Positions 50,460 to 64,000 are shown, counted from the first letter of the stretch. The stretch is 64,000 bases of DNA from Octopus bimaculoides (GCF_001194135.2 NC_068987.1:7643703-7707702); one strand, 5' to 3'. A program made the numbers and translations. Notes: generated by a model not told the origin, from the sequence alone.

Positions 50460-51837
50460 CTGAAGACATAAAAAAAAAAGTGCATTGTAAACATACTCTT
50501 TTACTTGTTTCAGTCATTTGACTGTAGCCATGCTGGAGCACCGCCTTTCCTCGAGCAAATCGACCCCAGGACTTATTCTTTGTAAGCCTAGTACTTTTTC
50601 TATCAGTCCCTGGGCATTATTGTCTCACGTTCTAAGGCTCATGGGGTCAGTTACCCATTTACCAAAGTGTTTAAGTGACAGAAATCACAGTCTGTTCTCC
50701 CTGAATGGAATATCAGTCTATTGCAAGGTCACTCATTTATACCTGAGGGAATTGGAACAATGTAAAATGAAGTGTTCTGATCAAAATCACAACACACTGC
50801 CCAATCCGTGAATTGAAACCACAATCTGACAATCATGAATGCAACACCCTAACCACTAGGCTATACGCATTCACTCCCTCAACCTTACTCTGATATAATA
50901 TGTATTAATATATTTTTCTACTCTAAGCACAAGGCCCAAAATTTTGAGGGAGGGGGCCAGTCGATTAGATCAACACCAGTATGTAACTGGTACTTAATTT
51001 ATCAACCCTGAAAGAATAAAAGACAAAATCAACCTCAGCGGAATTTGAACTCAGAATGTAATCTTTTCTACTCTAGGCACAAGGCCCAAAATTTTTTGGG
51101 GACGGGACCAGTCAATTAGATCGACCCCAGTACTCAACTGCTACTTAATTTATCGGCCCTGAAAGGATAAAAGGCAAAGTTGACCTTGGTGAAATTTGAA
51201 CTCAGAACATAAAGACAGATGAAACACCGCTAAGCATTTCACCAGGCATGCTAATGCTTCTGCCAGCTCGCTGCCTTATGACATGTATTAACATTACTGA
51301 GACCTTTATCTTACTTTGGCTTATCTCTGAGATTCTTGGCTTAAATAGTGAGAGTCATGGTAGTGTTGTACAAGCTGTTCTCGTCTTAAATTCACACAAG
51401 CATTGCTGATAACTAATGAATTTACTTCATTATATTTTTCTAATCGTTAGTGATTAGAAGCAACAGTGCTCATGCCCTTTGCAAGTAATCTCAAGCAAAT
51501 AAGATTAGTGGAGATAACATCTTTAAGTTGGTGTCTTTAAAATAAAAACATGAGATAAAAAATGCCAGAGGACTGTTGTTCTTGTAAGAAAGAATAAAGG
51601 GTGTGTCTAGTGAGAGGGTACTGAGAGCAATAAGTGAGACCTAGGTGGAGAGAGTGCAGCAAGCCCATTGACTATTAAGCAGGTGCTTGTTGTATAATGT
51701 AGGAAATCAGCCACTAAAGACAGAACTAAAACTGGATGTGTGAAGGACTGTCACCAAACACCAATGATAGGTGGCTCTGATGAAAGGTTTCAACTGAGCT
51801 TACACAAGCCAGGTTTTCAATCAACCCTCTCAAATGT

Positions 51838-52230
51838 TGTTGTTGTTGTTGTTGGCACTCCATCGCTTACGACGTCGAGGGTTCCAGTTGATCCGATCAA
51901 CAGAACAGCCTGCTCGTGAAATTAACGTGCAAGTGGCTGAGCACTCCACAGACACGTGTACCCTTAACGTAGTTCTCGGGGATATTCAGCGTGACACTGT
52001 GACAAGGCTGACCCTTTGAATTACAGGCACAACAAAAACAGGAAGAAAGAGTGAGAGAAAGTTGTGGTGGAAGAGTACAGCAGGGTTCCCCACCATCCCC
52101 TGCTGGAGCCTCGTGGAGCTTCAGGTGTTTTCGCTCAATAAACACTCACAACGCCCGGTCTGGGAATCGAAACCGCGATCCTATGACCGCAAGTTCGCTG
52201 CCCTAACCACTGGGCCATTGCACCTCCACA
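51838..52230 (-). mobile_element. tRNA-derived SINE family E, full length
   Basis: Head GGAGGTGCAATGGCCCAGTGGTTAGGG...GGTTTCGATTCCC and (CAA)n tail. Other copies at 28985-29375(-); partial copies at 2575-2740, 38405-38570, 52835-52900. Confidence 0.85.
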
Positions 52231-52781
52231 ACCCTCTCTAATATGTATCCAGCATATCACAAGAAATGCAGGTCAGCCTGGGAAGGTTTCCCTAAGAATT
52301 ACAAAGATTGTTTTTACAAGCCTCAAACACTAAAACTATGACGGTCAGTTTTTTTTTGTTTTTTTTTTATCTACCATCCTGACCCATATCTTTAACTGTA
52401 TTTAGCCTGACATTATCAATTACATCCATTTATTTTTCTACTTTTTTCTCGCCAGCTTCAAGACTTTCTGGTTCACACAAATGCATTCCAGATATTACTG
52501 GCAATCACCAGACACTTAAATAAACAAGTCTGACGTATTCGGTTAAAAGTTTTGTTTTCTTAATTACGAAATTTCCTATCGCTAAGTAACTCATACCTTT
52601 TCAGGTTTCTCACATACGAGACTTCTCACACAACAAGGTCAATTAGCCAGGAAATATTCTTTCTATCTTTCTGCTGTTATATCTATTGTAAGTTATTCTA
52701 TCTGACATTTCTGCTGTTGGTTTACTCGAGTCAGCTTTGCTTGGACATATTTAAACATATCCTCAATTTAAAAATAAATAT

Positions 52782-52813
<32 letters not shown>

Positions 52814-53013
52814 TATCATCATCATTATCATCATCAAAACCACGATCCTATGACCACGAGTCCGCTGTCCTAACCACTGGGCCATTGCGCCTCCACACAG
52901 TGTAATAATGGTACAGAAACCTTCAGTTTTTTTTTAGTTGGTAGAGAGATATATTTTGTAAACCTAGGCAACAGTGGAAGAAGAATAGACTAAAACAAAA
53001 AAGATGCAGTTTA

Positions 53014-53190
<177 letters not shown>

Positions 53191-53227
53191 TTACATTTGG
53201 CAGAGAAATCCGAATTCTAAAGGGTTA

Positions 53228-53602
<375 letters not shown>

Positions 53603-53633
53603 TTAATTGTAATAACAAACACTGGGATTAATT

Positions 53634-53668
<35 letters not shown>

Positions 53669-54579
53669 GATTATTAGAATGCTGGGCAATATGCTTAGCG
53701 TCATTTTGTCTGTCTTCACATTCTGTGTTCAAGTTCCACTGAGGTCAATTTTGCCTTTCACCCCTCCAGGGTTGACTAGCTCCCTCCCACAATTTTCAGG
53801 CCTTGTGTCTATAGTAGAAAGAATTATTGTTGTTGCTGTTGTTGTGCTGTCTCATAGCAAATTTGTTGAAAGATGGGTGACTGTTGGAAGAATGGCCAGT
53901 ATAAACAGACCAATTCTGAGAATACACCTGTAAAAAAAGGTAATGTAAAAGGAGAAAGGGCTCTATACCCCTTTCTTATTTTCTGTCCAGGCTCCTATGG
54001 CTTTTATGGGTTTTCCACGTGTAACCTTTCGAAGCGCCTCCCCCTATTGGGAGTCTTATTTGTTATATCTTTCTCTGTTTTCCTCACTGTTTACACGAAC
54101 GTTTTCTACCTTTCGGACAAAACCCTTTGTAACCTTCATCCTGTTTTTGTCCTTACATGTTTTTAATTTATATTAGCCCTTGTGGCCAATAAAACCAGAA
54201 TTAATTATTATTATTATTGATTTTACTCATGGTTCACTCTTATTCTTAGTAGGATTTAAACCTTTCATTACCAACCTGGCTGAAACCAGCTCTAGAACTG
54301 CCTGACTGGCCCTCGTGCCGGTGGCACATAAAAAGCGCCCACTACACTCTCAGAGTGGTTGGCGTTAGGAAGGGCATCCAGCTGTAGAAATTCTGCCAGA
54401 TCAGATTGGAGCCTGGTGTAGCCTCCTGGCTTGCCAGTCCTCAGTCAAACCGTCCAACCCATGCCAGCATGGAAAGCGGACATTAAACGATGATGATGAT
54501 GATCACAGACACGCACACACAAACACGCATGTAAGTGTTATAAAGTAGGAAATATATGTCAATGGGTGTAGTTACTCAC

Positions 54580-54645
54580 TGGTCATCTGCTAAACGATAG
54601 CCATTGTCCACACTGAAGATGTCTCTGATATTCTGCACTGAAGCC
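54580..54645 (-). CDS. TTLL1: TTLL1 coding exon 2
   Basis: (W)ASVQNIRDIFSVDNGYRLADD(Q); TGCAG acceptor, GTGAGT donor. Confidence 0.95.
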
Positions 54646-55152
54646 CTGCAAAGAAACAAATAAAAATATGTCACAAAAACATAGAAAATAATAAAAGAAA
54701 GTAAGAAAAGAGAAAATTTACAATTTTAAAAATACAACTAAATCCACTCACAAGCTTTGATCAGCCTAGGGTTGTAAAAGACACTTACCCAAGGTGCTGT
54801 GCAGTGGGATTGAACTTGCAACTACACAGTCAGGAAACGAGTTTCTTACCCACACAGCCACGCTTGTGCCTGACCAAGCCTTTATCTTCCATTGGTATTA
54901 CATGCTCTCGTGTCGCTACTGTGAGTGCCACCCGAGGCAGCCCTTCCGTTTGCCTCCCCTGAACCCCACAAAAAACAAGTGCCACCCCTCTAAAAGAGTC
55001 GCCCAGGGCCGACCACCCCTGCTCCCTCCCCAGCTGCACTAATGATTATATGCTTATATTAGTGTTTGTTATCACTGAAGCAAATTTGAATCAAAGCTTT
55101 TCATCATCATTTGATTATTCATAAGTCAACATTAAGAAAGCACATAACATAC

Positions 55153-55262
55153 CAGTAGAAGTTCCAGTTTTCATCTGGGTTTACAGCTACCCAACCACGG
55201 GCCTCAAAATTATGCAGCAACACCGATTTATCTTGATCACATGCATATCGGATTGCAGGCAT
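55153..55262 (-). CDS. TTLL1: TTLL1 coding exon 1
   Basis: MPAIRYACDQDKSVLLHNFEARGWVAVNPDENWNFY; in-frame upstream TAA; acceptor before 55284, so a 5'UTR exon lies further upstream; GTATGT donor. Confidence 0.93.
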
Positions 55263-55321
55263 GTCCACTATACTTTACACTTCACTGTAAAATAGACATC
55301 ATATATAATAATAATAATAAC

Positions 55322-55432
55322 AATGACGTAAAGGGGAAGGCAAAAATCCTCTGGGACTTTGATTTCCAGACAGACAAGGAGTTAGAGCACCGAAGGCCAG
55401 ATATAGTAACCTTTAGGAGAGACAAACAAGAG
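55322..55432 (+). mobile_element. R4/Dong-clade endonuclease-domain fragment
   Basis: NDVKGKAKILWDFDFQTDKELEHRRPDIVTFRRDKQE (ILWDF..QTD....RPDIV motif), directly after (TAA)n. Confidence 0.8.
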
Positions 55433-55559
55433 TTTGATCAATGGGAAACACTATGCTGGTTAAGGAAAGGTCAGTCCTTTGTTTAGGGTTTGACCTATAT
55501 TATTGACTATAGTCTATATTAACAGAGAACATTTCCTATCAATTGCTCTTTTGTGTCAG

Positions 55560-55950
55560 CAATGACCGAGAGCATGACTTTCCCTTTGCTCTTCGCTCGA
55601 CATACGAAGAGAAACTTCCGACCGCAAGAAAGACGATGCCACCTTTACCCTTTCTTTCTTGTCAGCACTGTGCATTCTTTACCCTTTCACTCTCTACTGG
55701 CAGATAGCAACTTCTACACCATCAACTACCAACCAGCGAGCGAACTTGTTACTGCCACTACAATTACTGCTGTATCTCTACCTGTCGGGCAAACGAATAA
55801 ATATATGTAAATAATATTTTTTTCCTTCTCGGTATTGATTCTGCGATGTTCACAGGTTACCCCGACGCGAGAACCTTCAAGCGTTACATCTACACGTTAC
55901 ATTCGGTCGTCGGCTACATCATATCGACGTGATATGGGCACATCGCATTC
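55560..55950 (-). repeat. Diverged interspersed duplicate of 62700-63090
   Basis: Shared blocks such as CCTGTCGGG..AATAAATATATGTAAATAA and GAGAACCTT.AAGCGTTACATCTA. Confidence 0.75.
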
Positions 55951-58835
55951 TGCTACAATTGGTGACCCTCAGCCGCTACAGTATGTATTGCAAGAAACCA
56001 GAAAGATCTTAGGTTTCTTTATTTCTCTAGCAGTTTAGGTAGTCCAACTTATGCATGTTAATGTGTGAAAAACAAAATAGGAATGTTGAAAGTATGTATA
56101 AAATTAGTTTATGAACATCGAATGGCTATGGAGGTTCACTGGAATAAAATAATAATCCTTAAATAAAAAAAATGGGTGAGAAAGCCTGATTTAGTGCCAC
56201 ACTTTTCAAATCTTTTGGATTTCTGAACATCAGAGTGAAACATTAGATTCATGGAGAGTATTTACGGTAAATTATTGAACTAAATATAAAATGGAAGAGT
56301 TAGAGATGTACAAAAACATACGCACCGAGTAATGAATAAAAATAATTGGAATGTTCTGGTAAACTAAGAGTCGTTCAAACTTGTATAATTGAACAAGAAA
56401 GAAAATTGAAACAGTTTACGAAAGAAATCAGAAAATATGTGCAGTTTTCCTCGAAGTCCCATTCCCGGGGCCGTCTTAGAGAACTGAGCCTTATTGTATG
56501 TATTTATTGATATCAAGCCACACTATACATAGATCAGAATAGAAACCCTAGACCTGTGAGGACTCCAGGCAACTGCCCATTCCTCGTGGGGAAAAGAACA
56601 GGTTGTTTTTAATTTTATTTGTTTCTTAATATTCTTGACTATCGAAAGATAGCCGTTTTAAGCCTTAAAACTATAAATGCCAATTCAATATAAGTTGGAC
56701 GTATACATGAATTTATGAAATTAAACGTTAATTATTTTCTCGGCTCATATACGTCACCCGCTGCAATCCGTCTCCGGTTCTAAAAAACGATTCACCATCC
56801 CTACAGGTAAAAATAGCAGTCAAATCTCCCTCAGATCACATTCTAATGTCTTACACAAGGACAGGACATTCCAAATAATAAAGCCCCATATAACCCTGAT
56901 AAGACAGGATGGCCACAGTTGGAAAGTGTCTGAGCACGGGTTTGCTCGTTCTAAGCTAAACCGGACGTAAACATCAACAACATGGACGGTGCTGGAAAAA
57001 GTAAAGTATATCACGACGTAGATGTAGCACTAAATATCTAACAGTTTTATTATCATTATTCTGCGAGCTGGCAGCAGAATCGCTAGCATGCCGGTCAAAA
57101 TGCTTAGTGGCATTTCATCCGTCTTTAGTTCTGTATTCAAATTCCACCAAGGTTGCTTTTGCCTTTCATCCCTTTTGGAAGTTGATAAAATAAATTACTA
57201 GTTCAGCTCGATTAGAGCCTTGTGTTTATAGTAAATAAAAATGATTGTTATTGTTGTTACCACTGAGTGTATAATTAATGGAGTAAATAAATTTAATGCA
57301 GAAAAATGCATGATGAATGTGCATGGGTTGCGAAAGCACGCGTAGCTTTATACTCACGCGACTATCAGCTGTTCTCTGCTTTGATAATTGTGTATACGCA
57401 ATGTGTTGTTGATACGTTGCTATGGAGACCACCCTCAACAAACCAGCGTCAGGTTACTTAGAAAGTTTCATAACATGCTGCGTTGCTAATTGCGTGTATG
57501 TGTGTGTGTGTGTGGAGAGAGAGCATGTATAATGTGTACATGTTCGATATATGGATAGTTCATGCGCGTGCGTGTATACATGTTCGTTATATGTACGGCT
57601 AGTGTTTGCGTGGATGTATATGTTCGTGTGTAAGTTACATGGAGGAATGAGTGTGTGTACGAAAGTGTACATAATATTGAATTTTCAAAGACATGTAAAA
57701 GTAGTCTTAACTTTTCCTCACTGAAGGAAAATTAAGCATAAATCGTGTATAATATTCTGAACTGACTCAAATGATTTAATGTCAGAGGTGTCTTCCCCAC
57801 CCAACTTTTTATGCGCATAATTTTCTCAAAAATGGATATTTTTAATGGAATTTTCTTCAAATACCTTTCACATGGTATCGATTACGATTATATCGGAATT
57901 TATGGTGAAAATAGTTTTCGGAAGTGGGTGAAACGAGTTTCGAATTAGTCACACACTTCGACTTTGATTTCTCATACGTTTTAATGATGTACATTACTAT
58001 TATGTTGGAAATAAAAATTACTTTTGAGGACTCTTCCATTCTTTTTCCTTTCTGAAATTTGTTAAATGAATATTTTTTTCAAAAAAAAAAATGAACTTTT
58101 CCAGTTTTGTAACAAAAGCAAACAGCTATACCAACAAATTTATCTATGATAATTTTTTCCCAAAATTTGCCGATTGCTGTGTTGAGCAGCCTCCTTTGTT
58201 GATAAGCTGAAAAAAAAAAACAACACCGGCTTTGTTGGGTGTTTATCTTCATGGTATGCAATCTTGTGCAATTCTAAAAACGCTCAGACCAAGCGGTTTT
58301 GTGGTTATGGTGTTGTACGATCTTAAGTACAATAACCAGACTGGGCAGTACGCTGAGTTCTTGAGCAAAACACTTCAATTCATACTTCCCAAGTTCAATC
58401 AGCGGTAAATAAGTTCCAGTCATAACTGGAAAGTTAACTCTGCGACTGACTGGCGTTCCGTCCAATGGGAGTGATGTTTTCTCAGTCACTTATATGCTGG
58501 GAAACCCAAGCTTAGCTCTTACTTTATGAATCCTAGGACTTATGACGGATCTATGATTGAAGATAGTGTAGCAGTGATTCGAAAGTGAACCGCAAGGTAA
58601 CCGGTCAGGCATCACGACCTAGCCACACTATTTCACGTGAGCGGCCTATAAGGCAACAAATCAGCGTCAAACCATCGCGTGGCTCAATTTTCTAGATTCT
58701 TCTTCTTGTGCACTATATAAAGCCGCTTTTAACGCCTTAACTCTTTGCAGAGGGTTGAGAGCGGTCGAGCCATTCACGTCTCACCTTTTGTCAGGTAGAT
58801 ATTGAGACAGCTGAGCAATGTGTCTCTTTACTTAC

Positions 58836-59060
58836 TACAGTCAGACAACTCAGGAAAATGGTTGAAACAGACGGCAGATAGACGACAAGAATCTCCACCG
58901 CCAAGAATACAGCATAATTGTTTCCAGCTATGTTGGACCAGCCAAATGTTGCTGTTTCAGTAAGCTTGCTGTAAACTCCAAGCAGTATGTCTCTCGTATT
59001 ATGTAATTATTAATGCTGTTATTTGTAAAAGACCAACGCATATTTTATGTGCAGTCATAA
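58836..59060 (-). other. Candidate TTLL1 5'UTR exon
   Basis: Consensus GTAAGT donor at 58835-58830 in CpG-retaining unique sequence upstream of the first coding exon; an alternative donor lies at 59130. The 5' boundary is a guess. Confidence 0.3.
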
Positions 59061-59465
59061 AATCTGTTAAATGTCGGTCATCAGCTAAAAACACAACAAA
59101 CACATCTCAGACAAAAGTAAAGTTACTTACGAAGGACTTACAGTAAATTAATAATGTTCCTGCTTATTTATTTTCAATCTTTATTCATTGTTTATTTTAC
59201 ATTTGTCCTAGCTCATTTTACGTGACGATAGCGAAATAAAAAGTCGAATAATTAGTTTTTTCATCCATTACTTTAATTTCGTTATTATTTTGCTGAAGGC
59301 AGCGAGCTGGCAGAAGTGTTAACACGCCGGACTAACTGCTAAATGACATTTTTTTTTCGGCATCTGAGTTCAAATTTCTGCAAGGTCGACTTTGCCTTTC
59401 ATTTTTTTTTTTTTNNNNNNNNNNNNNNNNNNNNNNNNNNNNNNNNNNNNNNNNNNNNNNNNNNT

Positions 59466-59700
59466 TGGATTTTCCTAAAAATTTTCAGCTCGTATTCCAA
59501 GAGTAGAATGGGCGATCTTACGGTACGAGTCCTAAATATCGGTTTTTTCCGTAAAAAGTGTCTTCGGCGATCTTTACCAAAGATCGGCCTTTTCCGTAAA
59601 AAGTGTTGGAGAGAAACAGGGAAACGACGTCATAAAAGCGAAAGAAATACAGAGAGGGCGATTTATTTTGAAGGGTTTAGGGTTAGGCTTAGGGTTTCGT
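59466..59700. repeat. Unclassified repeat with telomere-like tract
   Basis: TTTTCCGTAAAAAGTGT occurs twice, then GGGTTTAGGGTTAGGCTTAGGGTTT at about 59673-59697. Confidence 0.5.
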
Positions 59701-61773
59701 ACTGAGAGCGGTGAACTGGCAGAATCGTTAGTGCGCCGGATAAAATGTTAAGTGGGATTTCTTCCGGTTTCACTTTCGGAGCTAAAATTCTGCCAGCGTT
59801 GTCTACGCTTTTCATCCTTACAATGTCGATAGATTAAGTACCAGTCAGATACTAGGTCGATGTAATCGACTAGCTTCCTCTCCGTAAAATTGCTAGCCTT
59901 GCGCCAAAATTAGAAAGAACTATTATTTTACTGACTTGAACAAGGTAACATGATAAGGAAGAAAGGAAAAATAAAATCCAACGAAAAATTTAGCGAGAGA
60001 TATAATTTATAAATTTGTATTTCACGATATTTGCTTTTATTCTATTTCTCGTCAACCTTAGAAAGAAATGACGTTATAAGTTGTACAAATAAAAAGTTGC
60101 AGAGTACAAACGCCATAGTTTGTGTTGTTGAACAAATATCCTTTTAATGCAAAATAGCTATGTCAACAGTTTTTGATAATACTATCCTTGACACATTGTT
60201 TTATGTAACAGGCATTATTCTGTATGAAATAACAGTTGTCAGAAACAAAATGTAGGCCAAATGCGTGTTGCCGGGATCTTTTATTCAACTGATTTTACGA
60301 TGCGGACTTACGTCATACAATGACACTTCTTAGAGAAATGAAATGAAAATTACACTTTGCAAAAATGACGTAAGGGAAACGTTTTGCTTTCAATAGTTAC
60401 TTTCTTTTCTATCTTTTATAGATTGAAAGATATATTTCATTCGTTTCTTTACTGGAATTTTTGCAGTAAAATGTCTTACATGTCCCATTCATCTGACAGC
60501 ATATGAGCCGAACAAAGGAGCCATTATGTGATCGCTTGGCCTGCTAGAAAGAACAGCTAAAATTTTGCCCTCAAATAACCTGAAGTATCAAGAGGGAAAA
60601 GGCACATTTAACAATGCAAACCCTCATCTAATATAAAAAATGCGAAAACTAATTTCTGTGTGTCAGTGTGCCACACTTAGACCCCCCCCCTCTCTCGCTA
60701 GTCAATGACAATCCTACTATTCCTCATGGTGGGGTGAGAGTAATAGTAGGCATAGAGATGGTGAGGACGGTGGCGAAGACAGACAGAGAGTGAGAGAGAG
60801 AGACAAAGAAATTTAGGGAGAGTTGATGATGTTTTATTAAAAGTAGTAGTGTTGATGGTGACAGTGGGAGTAATAAGAGAGAGAGAGAGGTCACCATCCT
60901 TGAACGCATGTCTCACGCCAGTAGCTATGGTAAAAAAGACATCCCAAATTGAAAAGAAATCCACCCTCCCCTTTTATCTATCTATCTATCTATCTATCTA
61001 TCTCTATGGTGGTGGTAGCCAGGGCATTTAGGGATGATGATGGTAGTAAGCAATATCAAAGACAGTGTTGATGGTGGTGGAGGGAAAGGCGTCAAAGTCA
61101 AAGGTATTGATGGTAATGGCTTCAGAAGTCTGGATGGTGTGTGTGTATGGCAGTTGCGGTGGCGATGGTGGTGGTACTGGTGATGGTGATGGCTAAAAAC
61201 AATCATCAAAAGAGAGAGAGAGGGGGGGGGGTTAGACAAAAAAAATGTACTGACCCCTGAACGGGAAGACAAAAAATATTGTTTATCATGCAACTTTGCA
61301 ATAAGTTCCAAGTTGACAAATTATATCATTTTTTGATGAAAATCGTTCATTGTTTCAAAAATATTGGTCAAGTTTAATAAAATTTAGTATGTCCTCAATG
61401 CATGGTAGGGCGGCTTTTAAGCTAGTATGCAATAAAAGAGGATGGTCATGGCTGGAGTGCATTCTATCATACGTCTCTTCGAACTGAGTTAGCCTAGAGT
61501 TACAAAAAAACAAAAAACAAAAGCGGCACACCGCTGCCAGGCTTCTATTTATATTTACTTTGAGAAATGTTTTATTCCAAATGAAAACCATTGCAACCGT
61601 GATTAAAGATGAAACCTATAAGCAATTACTCGACTTGGAAGAAACTGAAGCCAAATTTTAATCGAATCATATCACATTATTTTCAAGGAGTACAAGAAAT
61701 GGGTTTCTCAAATAACATTGGTTCTGTTTCATTTCATAGAAAGCGTACTAAAGCTGTGAAAAGAACAAACAAA

Positions 61774-62349
61774 GGATCTTTTTTAAAACGGGGGCCACAT
61801 TTTTCATTAACGAAACACTTTGAAACTTGGAACACTGGTAGAATGTGTCATATAAAACATCTTTTTCTCTTAGTCTTCTTTAAAAAAAAAAAGAAATCCA
61901 TAAGTTATTCCATGTTAAAGTTGTCGTATTTCTGTAATTTCAACCAATCACTGACGTCCATTCAGCCGATATACATTAAGTGCCGACTACATAAACAAAC
62001 GATTCTGAAACAATTAACCCTAACCCTAACCCTAACCCTAGGGTTAGGGTTAGGGTTAAAGCAAAATTAAAATGAAAAAAGCAAATAAAACGAAGGTATG
62101 GAGATTAAATACGCTTTACATCGCTTAATCAGCCAAAGGAGTAAATATAAACAACTGAATACTTGTCAGTGATTGGTTGAAATTATCGAAATAAGACAAT
62201 TTTTTACATGAAATAAATTCGAATACAAAAATATTTTTCTGTTCTATAACACAAAATAGATAAGTATACGAAGTTTGAAAGTCTTTCGGTACCAAAAACA
62301 CTACGTAAAACATTAATGAAAAATGTGGCCCCCGTTTTAAAAAAGATCC
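61774..62349 (+). mobile_element. Complete GG-terminal MITE (Merlin-like) with central telomeric palindrome
   Basis: Perfect 37-bp TIRs (61774-61810 and 62313-62349); perfect 8-bp TSD CAAACAAA (61766-61773 and 62350-62357); inner 21-bp inverted repeat (61935-61955 and 62165-62185); telomeric palindrome at 62021-62058. Confidence 0.92.
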
Positions 62350-63810
62350 CAAACAAACAAAAAACGAGTATTTTGTACGACACCCAGTTGTAGACAACAA
62401 AACCTGCTTCATTTATTCTTTTGGTAACCATGGTTAACATCAAGTTCACAACAGCATTATTCAAGTGGGGATCTTTTCGGTCTGGCTACTGTACATATAA
62501 CATGCCTCGTCTTTTCGTACACATATGCCCGCCCCTTCTTATATAATTTTCTTTTGGGTGTAACACCCTTTTCTTGAAGGTACAGTACAGTATCCTCCCC
62601 TGTTCGATATTTAAGAGACAAGGAATTATGTACATTATTTACTTTATTTACATTTGACGGATATTTAGTGTCAGCCAGGCCAAGGAGCAACACCTGCTTT
62701 TGCATCAGCCTTAACCAAGAGCAGCACTTCCCTTCGCCCTTCGTTTGACATGTGATGAAAGGCTTTTGGCCGTAAGAAAGGCGATGCCGCCGTTATCCTT
62801 TCTTCCTTTCTAGTCAGCACCGTGACTACCTTACTCTTTCCCTCTCTACTGACAAACAACCTTTTTCTACATACCAACTACTAACCAGCGAGTCATCCTT
62901 GTCGTCACTATCACTAGAATTGCTACTGCCTCTGTAACAACCTGTCGGGTAAAGGAATAAATATATGTAAATAACATTTCTTCCTTCTTGGAGTTAATTC
63001 TTTGATGTACACTGGTTACTCCGACACGAGAACCTTGAAGCGTTACATCTATACGCTACATTTAGTAGTGGGCTACATCATATCGAATTTATATGACACA
63101 CCACTACCAGCCCAATACAGACTGAACCCGGAACCATGTGGGTGGTAAGCAAACTGCTTACCACAGCCACTCCTGTGCTTATTGTTATTTTAAATCATTG
63201 AAAAATCAAATTCTGTTGCTATGGCTGTGTGGTTAAGAAGCTCAGTTTGCTAGCAGATTGTTTTAGGTTCAATCCCAGAGCGTGGCAGGGCAAGTGTCCT
63301 CTACCATAGCCCATGCCCGATCAATTTCTTATGAATTTAGCATACAGAAACCGCGTGGGAACCCATCGTGTGTGTGTCTTTGTGTCTGTGCTTGTACCCT
63401 GCCCCGCTTGGTAACCGGTGTCGGTATGTTTATGTCCTTGTAAATAGGCAGTTCATCATAAGAGACTAATAGAATAAGTACCAGCTTTAAATATATAGGT
63501 ACTGGGGTCGATTCGTCCGATTAAAATTCTTGAAGGTGGTGCCCCAGCATGACTGTAGTCTAACGACTGAAACAAGTAAAGGATAATGTATGTATGTATG
63601 TATGTATAGATAGATAGATAGATAGATAGAGTGATGGCATACCTACACAAATGTGCCCCATTCGACTATGTTGCCTTGTAACTTCCGGAAAAATGGGTGT
63701 TTTTGAATGATTTTTTAAAACAAATACGCTTTGGATGGCGTAGATACTGACTATATAGGATTTTGTGATGGAAAAAAAAAGGTTTCTAAGGTCGAGAGAG
63801 GATTTTCGGA

Positions 63811-64000
63811 GGATCTTTTTTAAAACGGGGGCCACATTTTTCATTAATGTTTTACGTAGTGTTTTTGGTACGGAAAGACTTTCAAACTTCGTATACTTAT
63901 CTATTTTGTGTTATAGAACAGAAAAATATTTTTGTATTCGAATTTATTTCATGTAAAAAATTGTCTTATTTCGATAATTTCAACCAATCACTGACAAGTA
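63811..64000 (-). mobile_element. Third copy of the Merlin-like MITE, truncated by the window edge
   Basis: Same TIR and arm as the 23073 copy; inserted into a family J repeat. Confidence 0.9.

Noticed and set aside
58700-58800. TATA box plus AGGGTTGAG as a telomerase RNA template
   Set aside because: The template would need CUAACCCU; only a partial match is present and no supporting structure is visible.

Overview
This is eukaryotic, AT-rich, repeat-dense DNA with about 13 N-gaps. The SINE and microsatellite landscape looks like octopus/cephalopod, which is an inference. Three spliced genes were reconstructed by hand. (1) TTLL1, minus strand, complete: 14 coding exons from 55262 to 34889, all GT-AG and phase-consistent, 1260 nt = 419 aa + stop. 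(2) RLIG1/C12orf29-type RNA ligase, minus strand: only the first coding exon (5797-5590) is visible, with motif-I EKVDG intact and Lys at position 57. (3) A C6orf89-like membrane-protein gene, plus strand, 24211-31828, with at least one internal exon unresolved. RLIG1 and the C6orf89-like gene are head-to-head; the C6orf89-like gene and TTLL1 are tail-to-tail. The rest is tRNA-derived SINEs, MITEs, fragments of R4/Dong, RTE and mariner elements, and mini/microsatellites. Best leads: (a) this TTLL1 has Arg (KARGIGI) where vertebrate TTLL1 has the Gln that marks elongases; (b) two minimal type-I hammerhead ribozymes lie in a Penelope-type repeat, both antisense to their host introns; (c) a GG-ended MITE family with perfect 8-bp TSDs carries a 38-bp telomeric palindrome in its one fully sequenced copy. 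Protein identities come from remembered homologue sequences; no database search was run.
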